The notes below the pieces were generated by a model, which saw only the letters and a program-made list of their open reading frames with translations, did not search any database and was not told where the DNA came from. A stretch of 64,000 nucleotides of DNA from Candidatus Thorarchaeota archaeon (GTDB lineage Archaea > Asgardarchaeota > Thorarchaeia > Thorarchaeales > Thorarchaeaceae): NCBI GenBank assembly GCA_003345545.1, contig PRDH01000044.1, forward strand, positions 96,001 to 160,000. The letters are read 5' to 3'. Shown here piece after piece: positions 1 through 9,085 of the stretch. Each line of letters begins with the position of its first letter. Position 1 is the first letter of the stretch. The translations under genes and the position numbers were made by a program.

Positions 1-57
1 CCTAACTCTCTTTCCTACACCTATTGAGTCCGCCAACTCATACAGGAAGAAAGATAG

Positions 58-175
58 TGGTGCGGAGGGCGAGATTTGTTCCGATTCAGAGTAGTCCTGA
101 ATCGCTTGAACTCGCGTACTCCTACGAGATAGGGACCTGAACCCTACGCCTTTGACCAGGCTTGGCAACCTCCGC
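58..175 (-). tRNA. tRNA-Leu(CAG) with 30-nt T-loop intron (76..105, position 58/59) and encoded CCA
   Basis: Reverse complement folds as a cloverleaf: acceptor GCGGAGG/CCTCCGC-A-CCA, anticodon arm TAGGG-TT CAG GT-CCCTA, long variable arm. Removing 76..105 restores the T-arm GCGAG-TTCAAAT-CTCGC. Confidence 0.93.
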
Positions 176-322
176 TCAATCGCATTTTGACTTGTTCACA
201 CATTTAACCATATCGCAGTTTCAGGTCACTCCGCGATGCTCTCTAGTTCGCCGCCTCAACTCATGCCAGTCACTTTTGTCTGAACTGAAATTGACTTAAC
301 ACAGTTCGTCTATGCTCATGAC

Positions 323-1429
323 ATGATTGTGGCGGTCTCTGACATTCATCTCGGTGACAAGGCATCGAATAGGGCAGGATTCATAGATTTCATCGAGAGA
401 TACCTGAAACCGAACTCAGAGAAGATCACTGAACTATACCTGCTTGGAGACATACTCGACTTCTGGAGGAGGGATGCCTCAACAGTCATTTCTGACAATC
501 TAGAGATCCTGAATTCCATTTGCTCATTGGGGTTTCATATCTTCTACATCGTTGGTAACCATGATCTAATAATGGGAGATGTCAGCAGCGGCCATCCAGG
601 GAGAGAGACACTTGCCGAACTGACTCACTATCCTAATAGTATGACTATCTGCATGAGCCGCCACTCGAGTGATGGAAACAGGAACTTCTGTTTCACTCAC
701 GGCCATCAGTTCGACTATTGGTATGCACTCCCATTTTATCAGGCGTTCTGCAGAGCGATGTGCCATGCTGATAAGACTTGGAAATCGGCAGTGAAAACCT
801 GGGATTTGGTAGTATCATTCCTGAAAGGCGAGTCAGCTATTGCATCAACTAATGCCTCCCAATTGCCAATTGGTACTCGAAGCAAAATCGAACGCAGACT
901 TGCGGGGCCCTTAGAAGGAAATTCAATGAGTAAGGATGAGTCTGCCGTAGCTGAACTGGACTTGCTTCGTCAATTCATTGACATAGGGTATCTATGCTCA
1001 GCCGCTTCACATACCCACTACTTTGAGGCAGCCAGAAAAGAGGCTACGAAGCTGGCAAGAATGCGCGGAAGCGGGCTCTCGGACATCGAGAGTGTACGAG
1101 ATCTAAATCGACTAGTATCCAATGGTACACCCGAAGAACTTCTCAACCATTTCCTTACGGTCTGGTCTGATGTACATCGATGGGCAATTGGGTTCAGGGA
1201 AGGGGGCTCGATACACACAGAGCAAGTTTTGCACCGTCTTAGACGCATAACTGCCACGTTGACGTCTGGTCTTTCGCCTGATGAATTCTTGATGAGCGGT
1301 CATGAACATCTAGGATTTGTTGACAGGTCCAATAGTGTGGCTGACTCAGGATGCTGGCTAGGAAAGCAAGGATCATTCATCACTATCAATGAGGGTGCAG
1401 TCAGCCTCTCGAGATGGCCGAAAGTCTAA
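323..1429 (+). CDS. Calcineurin-like metallophosphoesterase (LpxH-like) with a large helical insertion
   Basis: Motifs SDIHLG, GDILD, GNHD, HGH, then GHEH and DSGCW at the C-terminus. Confidence 0.8.
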   Translation: MIVAVSDIHLGDKASNRAGFIDFIERYLKPNSEKITELYLLGDILDFWRRDASTVISDNLEILNSICSLGFHIFYIVGNHDLIMGDVSSGHPGRETLAELTHYPNSMTICMSRHSSDGNRNFCFTHGHQFDYWYALPFYQAFCRAMCHADKTWKSAVKTWDLVVSFLKGESAIASTNASQLPIGTRSKIERRLAGPLEGNSMSKDESAVAELDLLRQFIDIGYLCSAASHTHYFEAARKEATKLARMRGSGLSDIESVRDLNRLVSNGTPEELLNHFLTVWSDVHRWAIGFREGGSIHTEQVLHRLRRITATLTSGLSPDEFLMSGHEHLGFVDRSNSVADSGCWLGKQGSFITINEGAVSLSRWPKV

Positions 1430-1646
1430 GGGTTCAGCAGAGTGACAACATGCTCGTCGTACAGAAGGCAGCCATAGCCAAGAATGCACTGCACCTCGTC
1501 ATTTTGCAGCTGAATTGATTCTGATTCGTGAGATCTCTCCCTCCCATCATCGACTGCTTGGCAATAATATACTCAAAGTCCTTATTAGCGAGAGATTGCT
1601 CTGTATATCCTTCACAACGGGTGTTGTGATTTGGAGGAAAGAATAC

Positions 1647-2006
1647 ATGTCTAGTAAACCGACTGGAATTGTTATTCTAGCTATACTACAGCTGATTCAA
1701 GCTCTTGCGGCTCTAGCAATAGGTGTCCTTGCACTAATGGCAGGTGCACTATTGCTCCCAATATTCGGGTTGCTATTAGCGTTCTTCCCATTGCTCCTCG
1801 GAATCATAGGTCTGATCCTATTCTATGGGTTATGGACCTTGAAGGGTTGGGCGTGGTTATGGACTCTAATCATTAACCTACTGAGTATCATCGTGGGTGT
1901 ATTTGGTAATCTGGCAGACCTGATGAACCTACTTTCACTCGCAATTAGCATCATAATTGTGATTTACCTGTTCACGCCAGGTGTAAGAGCAGCATTCAAG
2001 AAGTAG
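1647..2006 (+). CDS. Small 4-TM membrane protein
   Basis: ATG at 1647 follows GGAGG. Almost entirely hydrophobic; RPxG-like start and YL..P.V..AF end resemble a common archaeal membrane family. Confidence 0.75.
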   Translation: MSSKPTGIVILAILQLIQALAALAIGVLALMAGALLLPIFGLLLAFFPLLLGIIGLILFYGLWTLKGWAWLWTLIINLLSIIVGVFGNLADLMNLLSLAISIIIVIYLFTPGVRAAFKK

Positions 2007-2018
2007 TGTTTTCCTGAT

Positions 2019-2073
2019 GAAACAAGCGAAGTTCTGGAAAACGATCATCCAGGACTTCCTGTTCTTTTTTTTT
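2019..2073 (+). terminator. Stem-loop plus T9 run
   Basis: gaagttctgga...tccaggacttc inverted repeat followed by ttttttttt just after the stop codon. Confidence 0.6.
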
Positions 2074-2155
2074 CCCACTGCAACGGGCATCTTACTAGGG
2101 CGTGCTGTATCAAGCTGCTATCTTTCTTGAGTCACCTGCTGGCGGATAGCTATGA

Positions 2156-2413
2156 ATGTCATCATACGCAGACCAAGCATGGTCGATGTCTATGTCTGCT
2201 GACAATCAGGACTATGCGGGGGATATTGGTACCGGAGGTTGTTTCATTATAGTCAGCTTCAGCTTGGCAATGGCTGCAGCTCTATACCTAGCGGCAGGAA
2301 CCTTCTACAATTTCGTTGTGTTTCTGGTCATCGCCGCATTGGTGGGGTTTCTTGGATTCTTTGGTGCCTATAAAGCTCTCATGAAACAATCAAGAAGAAG
2401 TGAAACTAACTGA
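2156..2413 (+). CDS. Small 2-TM hypothetical protein
   Basis: ORF with two hydrophobic segments and a basic tail. Confidence 0.5.
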   Translation: MSSYADQAWSMSMSADNQDYAGDIGTGGCFIIVSFSLAMAAALYLAAGTFYNFVVFLVIAALVGFLGFFGAYKALMKQSRRSETN

Positions 2414-2590
2414 AGTTTCGAATACTAACGTCGAAAAGGGCGACAAGAAGAGATATCGCAGAGGACATGACATCATCCATCTGACGGCATGTTTTGCCTC
2501 TAGTCTGGAGAATGCTGTAACATGTGTCACCAGAGATGGGCACAAAACTCTTTTCTCACCCGTGACGCACAAGTTGTTGGTGAGATATCC

Positions 2591-4261
2591 TTGAAGATTG
2601 CCATGGCACAGATGAATCCCACTGTCGGCGACATAGATGCTAACGTCAGGAAGATTAGAGCCTTCATTCAGAGGGCCAGAGAAGGCGGTGCCAAGCTTGT
2701 GGCATTCCCAGAGCTTGCGGTGACAGGATATCCGCCTCATGACTTATTGTACGAGAAGGAGTTCGTGAAGGCAGACAAGTCAGCTATTGGTACTATTGCG
2801 AAATCATGTCGTGGGTTGACCGTGGTCGTTGGATTCGTCGACTATGACGAAGACTGGAAGCTGTACAATTGCGCCGCTGTTATCTCGAATGGCAAAATTG
2901 TTGGAACAGTCAAGAAGACATTGCTGCCGACATACGATGTGTTTGACGAAGAAAGGTATTTCGAACCGGGAAAAGCAAGCGAGATTATACCTCTGAATGT
3001 CACTATTGCTGGAAAGAAAGTGAATCTTGGTATCGAAATCTGTGAAGACCTTTGGGATGAGGAGTACGAAACAAAAGTGACAGACCTGCTCACAAAGCGA
3101 GGTGCAACACTCATCATCAACATCTCATCTTCCCCATTTCACATAGGTAAGGGATTCCTGAGAGAGCAAGTCGTAAGAACCAAGGCCGTCAGAAACAAGA
3201 TCCCGATACTGCTATGCAATCTGGTTGGGGGGCAGGATGAACTAGTATTCGATGGCCAAAGTCTTGGCGTTGATGCTGAAGGTAAACTCATGGCCTTTGG
3301 CGAGGCGTTTAAAGAAGATCTCGTCTTTGTTGACCTGAATATCAGTAATGGAACAAGCAGGGAAATCGCTCCACCGTCATACAATCGCCAGAGAGAGATG
3401 TTCGATGCGCTCTCCCTTGGCATCCATGACTACTTCATGAAGACAGGCTTCAAGCGTGCAGTGCTCGGCCTAAGCGGTGGGATAGATTCCGCAGTGACTG
3501 CGTGTATAGCAGTCGAAGCGCTCGGTCCAGAAAACGTAATCGGAGTGTCAATGCCCTCCCGCTTCTCAAGTCGCCACAGCAAAGATGATGCTGAGCGGCT
3601 TGCGCACAATCTGGGAATTCACTTCGTGAGATTCCCGATACAAAGGATTGTGAATGCATACCATAGTGCTCTGAAGCAACCTCTTGAAGAGATCCGTGAA
3701 CTCTTTGGATTGGACCCGGCCAATGATGATCCCGTGGCAGATGAGAATATACAGCCGAGAGTCAGAGGCAACTCGCTCATGGACTTTTCCAACCGATTGA
3801 GAGACCTTAGTATTCTTGTCCTAAACACTGGAAACAAGACTGAACTGGCACTTGGATACTGCACACTCTATGGGGATATGGCAGGCGGGATTGGAGCATT
3901 GGGAGACGTCAGCAAGCTGCAAGTCTATGAACTTGCAGAATATGTGAACTCAAGAGCAGACAAGAAGATCATACCAGAGAGTACTATCAAGAAGAGACCT
4001 TCAGCGGAGCTGCGGCCGGATCACTTCGATCCATTTGATTTTGATATTGTTAGCCCGATGGTCGATGAGATTATCGAATACAGATTGAGTAGGAAAGAAC
4101 TGATTGCGAAGGGCTACCCTGCTGACGTCATCGATGATGTTTACACAAGAATTCGGAGCTCTGAGTACAAACGTTGGCAAGCACCGCCCTGTATTAGAAT
4201 ATCGCAGAAGGCTTTCGGTATGGGCTGGAAAATGCCGATTGTGAATCATTATGATGGATAA
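2591..4261 (+). CDS. nadE: Glutamine-dependent NAD+ synthetase
   Basis: Nitrilase domain (FPELAVTGYPP, LPTYDVFDEERYF, ICEDLW) plus synthetase domain (GLSGGIDSA, ENIQPRVRG, TGNKTE, GYCTLYGD, PSAELRP). TTG start chosen by homology; the ORF opens at 2522. Confidence 0.95.
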   Translation: MKIAMAQMNPTVGDIDANVRKIRAFIQRAREGGAKLVAFPELAVTGYPPHDLLYEKEFVKADKSAIGTIAKSCRGLTVVVGFVDYDEDWKLYNCAAVISNGKIVGTVKKTLLPTYDVFDEERYFEPGKASEIIPLNVTIAGKKVNLGIEICEDLWDEEYETKVTDLLTKRGATLIINISSSPFHIGKGFLREQVVRTKAVRNKIPILLCNLVGGQDELVFDGQSLGVDAEGKLMAFGEAFKEDLVFVDLNISNGTSREIAPPSYNRQREMFDALSLGIHDYFMKTGFKRAVLGLSGGIDSAVTACIAVEALGPENVIGVSMPSRFSSRHSKDDAERLAHNLGIHFVRFPIQRIVNAYHSALKQPLEEIRELFGLDPANDDPVADENIQPRVRGNSLMDFSNRLRDLSILVLNTGNKTELALGYCTLYGDMAGGIGALGDVSKLQVYELAEYVNSRADKKIIPESTIKKRPSAELRPDHFDPFDFDIVSPMVDEIIEYRLSRKELIAKGYPADVIDDVYTRIRSSEYKRWQAPPCIRISQKAFGMGWKMPIVNHYDG

Positions 4262-4283
4262 CAAGTCTTGGCAATAATCACGT

Positions 4284-4721
4284 TCAGACGAGAATTGTAA
4301 CAACAGGACAGTCAACATTGCGAATCACAGACTCAGTGACGCTCTTAGAGAAACTGCCAAGAATGCCTCGTTTCTTTCGTCGTTTCATCATGAAGACCAA
4401 GGAATATTCCGAGGAGCTTGCTTCCTCAGCTATAGCGTCTGGAACTCGTCGCGCCGTGACTATTTTAGTAGTCGCCACATAGCCCTGGTTGTTAAGCCAG
4501 TCCCGAAGTGGATTGAGCATATCTTCAGCCTTCTTGAATACGTCGCCCATCCCATCAGTATCTAATGGTGTAGAGATCGGGGTTTCGATGACATGAAGTA
4601 ACATCATACGGTTTGTGTGGAATGGTAGCAAGAGAAGCATTGCAGCAGTCATATCAGAGTATTCTAGCTTGCCAGAGATGGGTATCAGGACGCAGGCATC
4701 ATCGTCGCTCAAATGATTCAA
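4284..4721 (-). CDS. Universal stress protein (UspA family)
   Basis: LLHVIE motif and GSFSKSVTESVIRNVDCPVVTI C-terminus. Confidence 0.85.
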   Translation of the reverse strand: MNHLSDDDACVLIPISGKLEYSDMTAAMLLLLPFHTNRMMLLHVIETPISTPLDTDGMGDVFKKAEDMLNPLRDWLNNQGYVATTKIVTARRVPDAIAEEASSSEYSLVFMMKRRKKRGILGSFSKSVTESVIRNVDCPVVTILV

Positions 4722-4728
4722 CCTCCTA

Positions 4729-4995
4729 CTAATCTACACTCTTTCCATCTTTCTTGTGGGTATACATTATGACGCTGGACACTGTTGTTTTTATTCCATC
4801 AATCCTTAATATATCATTCTTGAGCATGTTTCTAAAGCCTATCACATCATCTGCACTGACTACTGCAACTAAATCGGATTCTCCTGTGACTTCATACACA
4901 TCCGTGACTTCGGGCAACGACGCCAAAGCCTTGGAGACATCGTCTAGGTCTTTCGATTCAACCGTTATGTTTAGTATCACGCTGATTTTTGACAT
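4729..4995 (-). CDS. Stand-alone Lrp/AsnC ligand-binding (RAM) domain protein
   Basis: PEVTDVYEVTGESDLVAVV...IDGIKTTVSSVI signature; no HTH. Confidence 0.85.
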   Translation of the reverse strand: MSKISVILNITVESKDLDDVSKALASLPEVTDVYEVTGESDLVAVVSADDVIGFRNMLKNDILRIDGIKTTVSSVIMYTHKKDGKSVD

Positions 4996-6917
4996 TATCT
5001 GCGCACCACCATGAGTTTCCCGGGGGCGATGGTCGATATGAGGGAAACCATGTCATCATAGCCCTCACGCTTGCCCTTCTTAAAGGCCTTTCCCCGGACA
5101 ACTATCACAAAGTCATACTGATCAGATATGGCAGCCTCGGTCACTATCTTTTTCGGAGATCCAACATGTACTACTTCCTTGGTCTCAAATCCAGAGGATT
5201 TGAGTTCTGCGGAGATGCTTCTCAGATCGGAGCTGGCGAGTGTTTTGTATTCACTTGCCATTGCGAGCGGCAGCTTCCATTTGTCAGTCGAGATGATGCT
5301 CATGAGAGTGAAACGAAATCTGGTATCAAAACTGCTCTGCAATGAGTCCACGATTGTCTCCTTCTCTTCAGGTCGAATGAGAACGAGTGCATTCATCTTG
5401 TATGTCATGGCCTTGATGCTAGAGCCGATATCTCGACTGAAGAGTGGCTTCCCAATTCTGCGCCGATATAGAACATATATCAGAATGCCGATTCCAGTCC
5501 AACTGAGTCCCAAGAGACGCCCCATTGGATGAAAGATAATGACCAAAAGCCAAATGGATGAACATGCTATGATGCCAACAAGACTGGGAATTGGAATCTC
5601 GTATATCTTTTCATTGATGTTTAACCTGATGGCCAGTGGCACCTCCCAGGAGCGATGTGCCTCCGTATCTGTCTGCCGCAAGACTATCAGAGAGACATTG
5701 ACCATCAGGTAAGAGAGAAGAGCTCCAAAGTTGTAGAGATCGGCTACCCAGTCAAGTTGACCAATGAGTGCCATCACCGCGCCGATAGAGCCAAACACAA
5801 CAATGGTCCTGATGGGAGTTCTGGTCCTAGAATTGACCTTTGAGAACCATTTCGGCAACAGACCAAAGTTGCCCATTGAAAACACAACTCTCGAAACACC
5901 AATGACTCCCGTATTCGAAGATACAAGGCAAATCGCAAAACCCGTGAAGGCGACAATAGGAAGCAACGTAGTGCCTATCCCAGCAATGGATTGCACAAGT
6001 GCAGAAACCGGATCTTCAAGGTTTGCACCAAGTGTAGCCCAAGAGATCATTCCAAGACTTATGGCAGATAGCCCAACGGCAAACAGAAGAACAGATACAA
6101 TGGACATCTTGGCGGCACGCGGTATGGTTCTGTCAGGTCTCTTTGTTTCTTCTGCAGCCTGAGCAATTGATTCGATACCAATGAAGGAACTCATAGCGAG
6201 AGTCACTGCATAGAGGAAATTCTGATCACCGTAATTGGTGCTCCAGATATAGGCGATATGCCCAAATGGATCAGGAGCGCCCCTAATTGAGATCTGCACA
6301 CCAAATAGATCCAGATTGAAGGCAAGCAGCATCCCCAGAACCATAATCGATGAGAGCACTACGATATTCAATGCAACCATTGTCATATTGAGCGTGGATG
6401 CTTCCTTTATGCCCGCTATGTTGATCCCGATGAGGACAAGCACAATGGCAAAGGCGACAAGACCTATGGCATTCACAGCCACTTGTAGGCCCAAGATTGT
6501 GAAGGTAAATGTAGTCAAGGCGAGCACGGGAAAGAAGAAAGTGAGATAGCCAGTTGTGGCGATAGCAAAGAGCGCTGTGCACACCGTATAGTCCAGCATC
6601 ACCAACCACCCTGCAAGAAAGCCTGCAAAGTCATTGAATGCCTTCATGGCATAGACATGTGCACCGCCTGCGTAGGGATAGGCGGTTGCTAGTTCAGCAT
6701 AGGCTAAGCCTGTGGCTATGTACGTTACAGATGCGATGATGAAGGCCACAGGAGCCCATCCAGCAGCATAGGCAGCAACTAGACCCAGTGCAACATAGAT
6801 GTCAGCACCTACATCCGCATATCCCATTGCAAAGGACCCGAACCAACCGATATCCCTCTTGAGAGAGACCTTAGTCGGCTTGCTCTCGGTTCCTTCAACA
6901 GAGGTCAAGAACAGCAA
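4995..6917 (-). CDS. APC-family amino acid permease with C-terminal USP-like domain
   Basis: LKRDIG, GADIY, YAELATAYPYAGG, GIESIAQAAEE, SRVVFSM, about 12 TMs, soluble USP-like tail. Confidence 0.9.
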   Translation of the reverse strand: MLFLTSVEGTESKPTKVSLKRDIGWFGSFAMGYADVGADIYVALGLVAAYAAGWAPVAFIIASVTYIATGLAYAELATAYPYAGGAHVYAMKAFNDFAGFLAGWLVMLDYTVCTALFAIATTGYLTFFFPVLALTTFTFTILGLQVAVNAIGLVAFAIVLVLIGINIAGIKEASTLNMTMVALNIVVLSSIMVLGMLLAFNLDLFGVQISIRGAPDPFGHIAYIWSTNYGDQNFLYAVTLAMSSFIGIESIAQAAEETKRPDRTIPRAAKMSIVSVLLFAVGLSAISLGMISWATLGANLEDPVSALVQSIAGIGTTLLPIVAFTGFAICLVSSNTGVIGVSRVVFSMGNFGLLPKWFSKVNSRTRTPIRTIVVFGSIGAVMALIGQLDWVADLYNFGALLSYLMVNVSLIVLRQTDTEAHRSWEVPLAIRLNINEKIYEIPIPSLVGIIACSSIWLLVIIFHPMGRLLGLSWTGIGILIYVLYRRRIGKPLFSRDIGSSIKAMTYKMNALVLIRPEEKETIVDSLQSSFDTRFRFTLMSIISTDKWKLPLAMASEYKTLASSDLRSISAELKSSGFETKEVVHVGSPKKIVTEAAISDQYDFVIVVRGKAFKKGKREGYDDMVSLISTIAPGKLMVVRR

Positions 6918-7049
6918 CTCCAGTGCCGAAATAATAGTGCAGTCGCTGAGATTCCTGTTTATGTACTTACTGCTGTGAGTGTGACAATCGAATCAGCACA
7001 ACTTCTGACAAGACAGGATCTGGCGAGGTTCAAAGTGCAAGGAAGAGAG

Positions 7050-7151
7050 GGCCCAGGGGGGGATATTCGAGCATCACAGGATTCGTAATGCCTATCGAAC
7101 CCCCTTCAAGGGAGCCACAATCCCTTATGCTGCCGGTACACCACCTAGGCC
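7050..7151 (-). tRNA. tRNA-His(GTG) with 30-nt T-loop intron (7064..7093, position 59/60) and encoded G-1; CCA not encoded
   Basis: Acceptor (G)GCCTAGG/CCTGGGC-C, anticodon arm AGGGA-TT GTG GC-TCCCT. A strict bulge-helix-bulge is present; splicing restores GGGGG-TTCGATT-CCCCC. Confidence 0.92.
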
Positions 7152-7369
7152 ATGGCTTATCCTTGTCAGGACTCACTCATCCGTTGATAAGGAATTTCTT
7201 ATTAGCTTATCCATCATTTTGCTGTTTCTCTATGCCAAATCTTTATTCTCGCAATACTGCTAAGAATCAGACTGGACAAGATGAAGAATGAAAGCAACAG
7301 ACTGCTTTTTGGACAGCAATATATAAAAAGCCACAATTGAATATTCGGGCAAAATAAACGAAATTCTAG

Positions 7370-8248
7370 GTGAGAGAACTGAGGGAAGTTAGAATCTTGC
7401 TCCCTAAGGAAGTATACAGTCACGGTGAAGTAATCACTGGAATTCTTGAAGTTATGACCGATAAGGAGTTTGATTCAAAGGTAACATCAATAACTTTCAA
7501 TGGAAGAATAAAAGCAACTGCAAAAGGAGTGCCAATAGTTTCTGGAGGTGAGATGCACACACAGATTGGAGAACTAGATACTAATATAGTTGAGAGTACT
7601 ATTGTACTCGCTGAGGATAAACACTATCCTGAGGGGAAGTACACATTCAATTTTTCGTTTGAATTACCTACCTCGAAACATACCTTCCTAGAAAACTTGT
7701 ACATAAAATCCGGGTTGTTCCCCACCCATAAAGGTTCAGCTTCGTCTGTTGAATACATGCTTTATGCAGCTGTTGAAATATCAAGTTTAACGACACTTAA
7801 AGCACAGATTCCTATTACTATAATCGTTCCGCTGGACGAATACCCGAAGGTTGTGAAAAACGAGAAGTCGCTCAAAGATGTTGTATTCCTTGAAACCGAT
7901 TCAGATCTGTTCTGTATTGGAAAACCATATGAAGTTCGATACCGAATCAAAGAAGGGGCAAAGGTCAAAAAAATTCAGTTTGAATTTGTTAACACCGAAT
8001 TTGTTTCTTTGAATCGCCTTGGTGCAATATCATCACATTCGTTGTATGAAACAGAAATAATCCCTCAAGAACGTGTATCTGAGTGGCAAACAATTGTACT
8101 AGAGCCGGATGTTGTAATCCCGCAATCTTTCAAATGTGAGGTTTTAGAAAGCACCCTTCAATTGAACGTTACAGCGGAGTTAGGGAGATTCAACAAAGTC
8201 CAGGTCAAGTTGCATCTGCTTGCTCATCATTGCCCTGATACTGAATGA
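7370..8248 (+). CDS. Arrestin-fold protein (alpha-arrestin/Vps26/SpoOM-like)
   Basis: VYSHGEVITGILEV, GKYTFNFSFELP, FPTHKG..SSVEYMLYAAV match arrestin_N motifs, followed by a second beta-sandwich. Confidence 0.75.
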   Translation: MRELREVRILLPKEVYSHGEVITGILEVMTDKEFDSKVTSITFNGRIKATAKGVPIVSGGEMHTQIGELDTNIVESTIVLAEDKHYPEGKYTFNFSFELPTSKHTFLENLYIKSGLFPTHKGSASSVEYMLYAAVEISSLTTLKAQIPITIIVPLDEYPKVVKNEKSLKDVVFLETDSDLFCIGKPYEVRYRIKEGAKVKKIQFEFVNTEFVSLNRLGAISSHSLYETEIIPQERVSEWQTIVLEPDVVIPQSFKCEVLESTLQLNVTAELGRFNKVQVKLHLLAHHCPDTE

Positions 8249-8349
8249 CAATTAGGTTATCAGTGAGTAGTTGTTTTTTCACTTGCATCGTATCCACATG
8301 CTTTCCAAGCAGCCAACATTGCTGGGTTCTTTCTAAGATACTCCTTCTT

Positions 8350-8963
8350 AACATCTTCTGGAACTTTGTTCATCATACACGATAGATTGACACACCTCGC
8401 GCAGTGCGCTACGAACGGTCTTTGGTGAGATACCGATCTTCTAGGCTATCTCTGAAGTCGCATCAAAGGATTGGATTGCAGTACGCGAAGGACTTTGAGG
8501 TGAAGATGACTAAATTCTCCTGTGAGAGTTTCGTGGTTTGAAAGGACAACATACAAATCGACAGATGCAACTTCTTCTAGATTCCTAAGAAAAGTATTGA
8601 CCTCATGTAACATCTCTGTACCGATGAATTCACGCCATAGAAGGTATGCCCCACCCTTCACAGTAACTATTGTGCCAATATGTCCGATGAGTGGATTGTA
8701 TCCGATTTTTTTTTAACAACATCTGAGGAAAGTTCAGTACCATTTGTAAGAACAATTGCGTGATATGAGTCCGCACCAACTGCCCCAGGAGCATATGTGA
8801 TGAGAAATTGGGAGAGGACATGGCTGTCAATCAAACTATGCAAACGGTTTTTCACTGCATTCGGAGTTAGATTCACAATACGAGCTAGCGCCTCGTAGCT
8901 AATCCGGCAATTTGCATAGGCCATTTGTATGATAGTCCGATCGATGGCATCCAATCTTACCAC
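8350..8963 (-). pseudogene. Degenerate double-HTH Lrp/AsnC-family regulator
   Basis: N-terminal LDAIDRTII..NCRISYEALA..LTPNAVKNRL HTH. Frameshift at the A9 tract (8706-8714), a second frameshift near 8460, and an in-frame TAG (8441-8443) inside the second HTH (IA*KIGISPKTVRSAL). Confidence 0.75.
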
Positions 8964-9085
8964 AACTTGTTTTTCTTATTCGTTGTTACTAGATGGCTTT
9001 TCCGCTCTGGGCTGTATTTGAAAACCTGAGGTTTAGTAACTTCCAAATAGCAGTGATTTGTTGAGTATGGTGAGGATATGTCACA

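Noticed and set aside
58-7151. Integrated element bounded by the two tRNA genes
   Set aside because: No duplicated tRNA 3' end (att site) and no integrase; the intervening genes are metabolic or housekeeping.
8706-8714. Programmed -1 frameshift or phase variation at the A9 tract
   Set aside because: Additional downstream lesions (second frameshift and TAG) mean slippage alone would not restore the protein.
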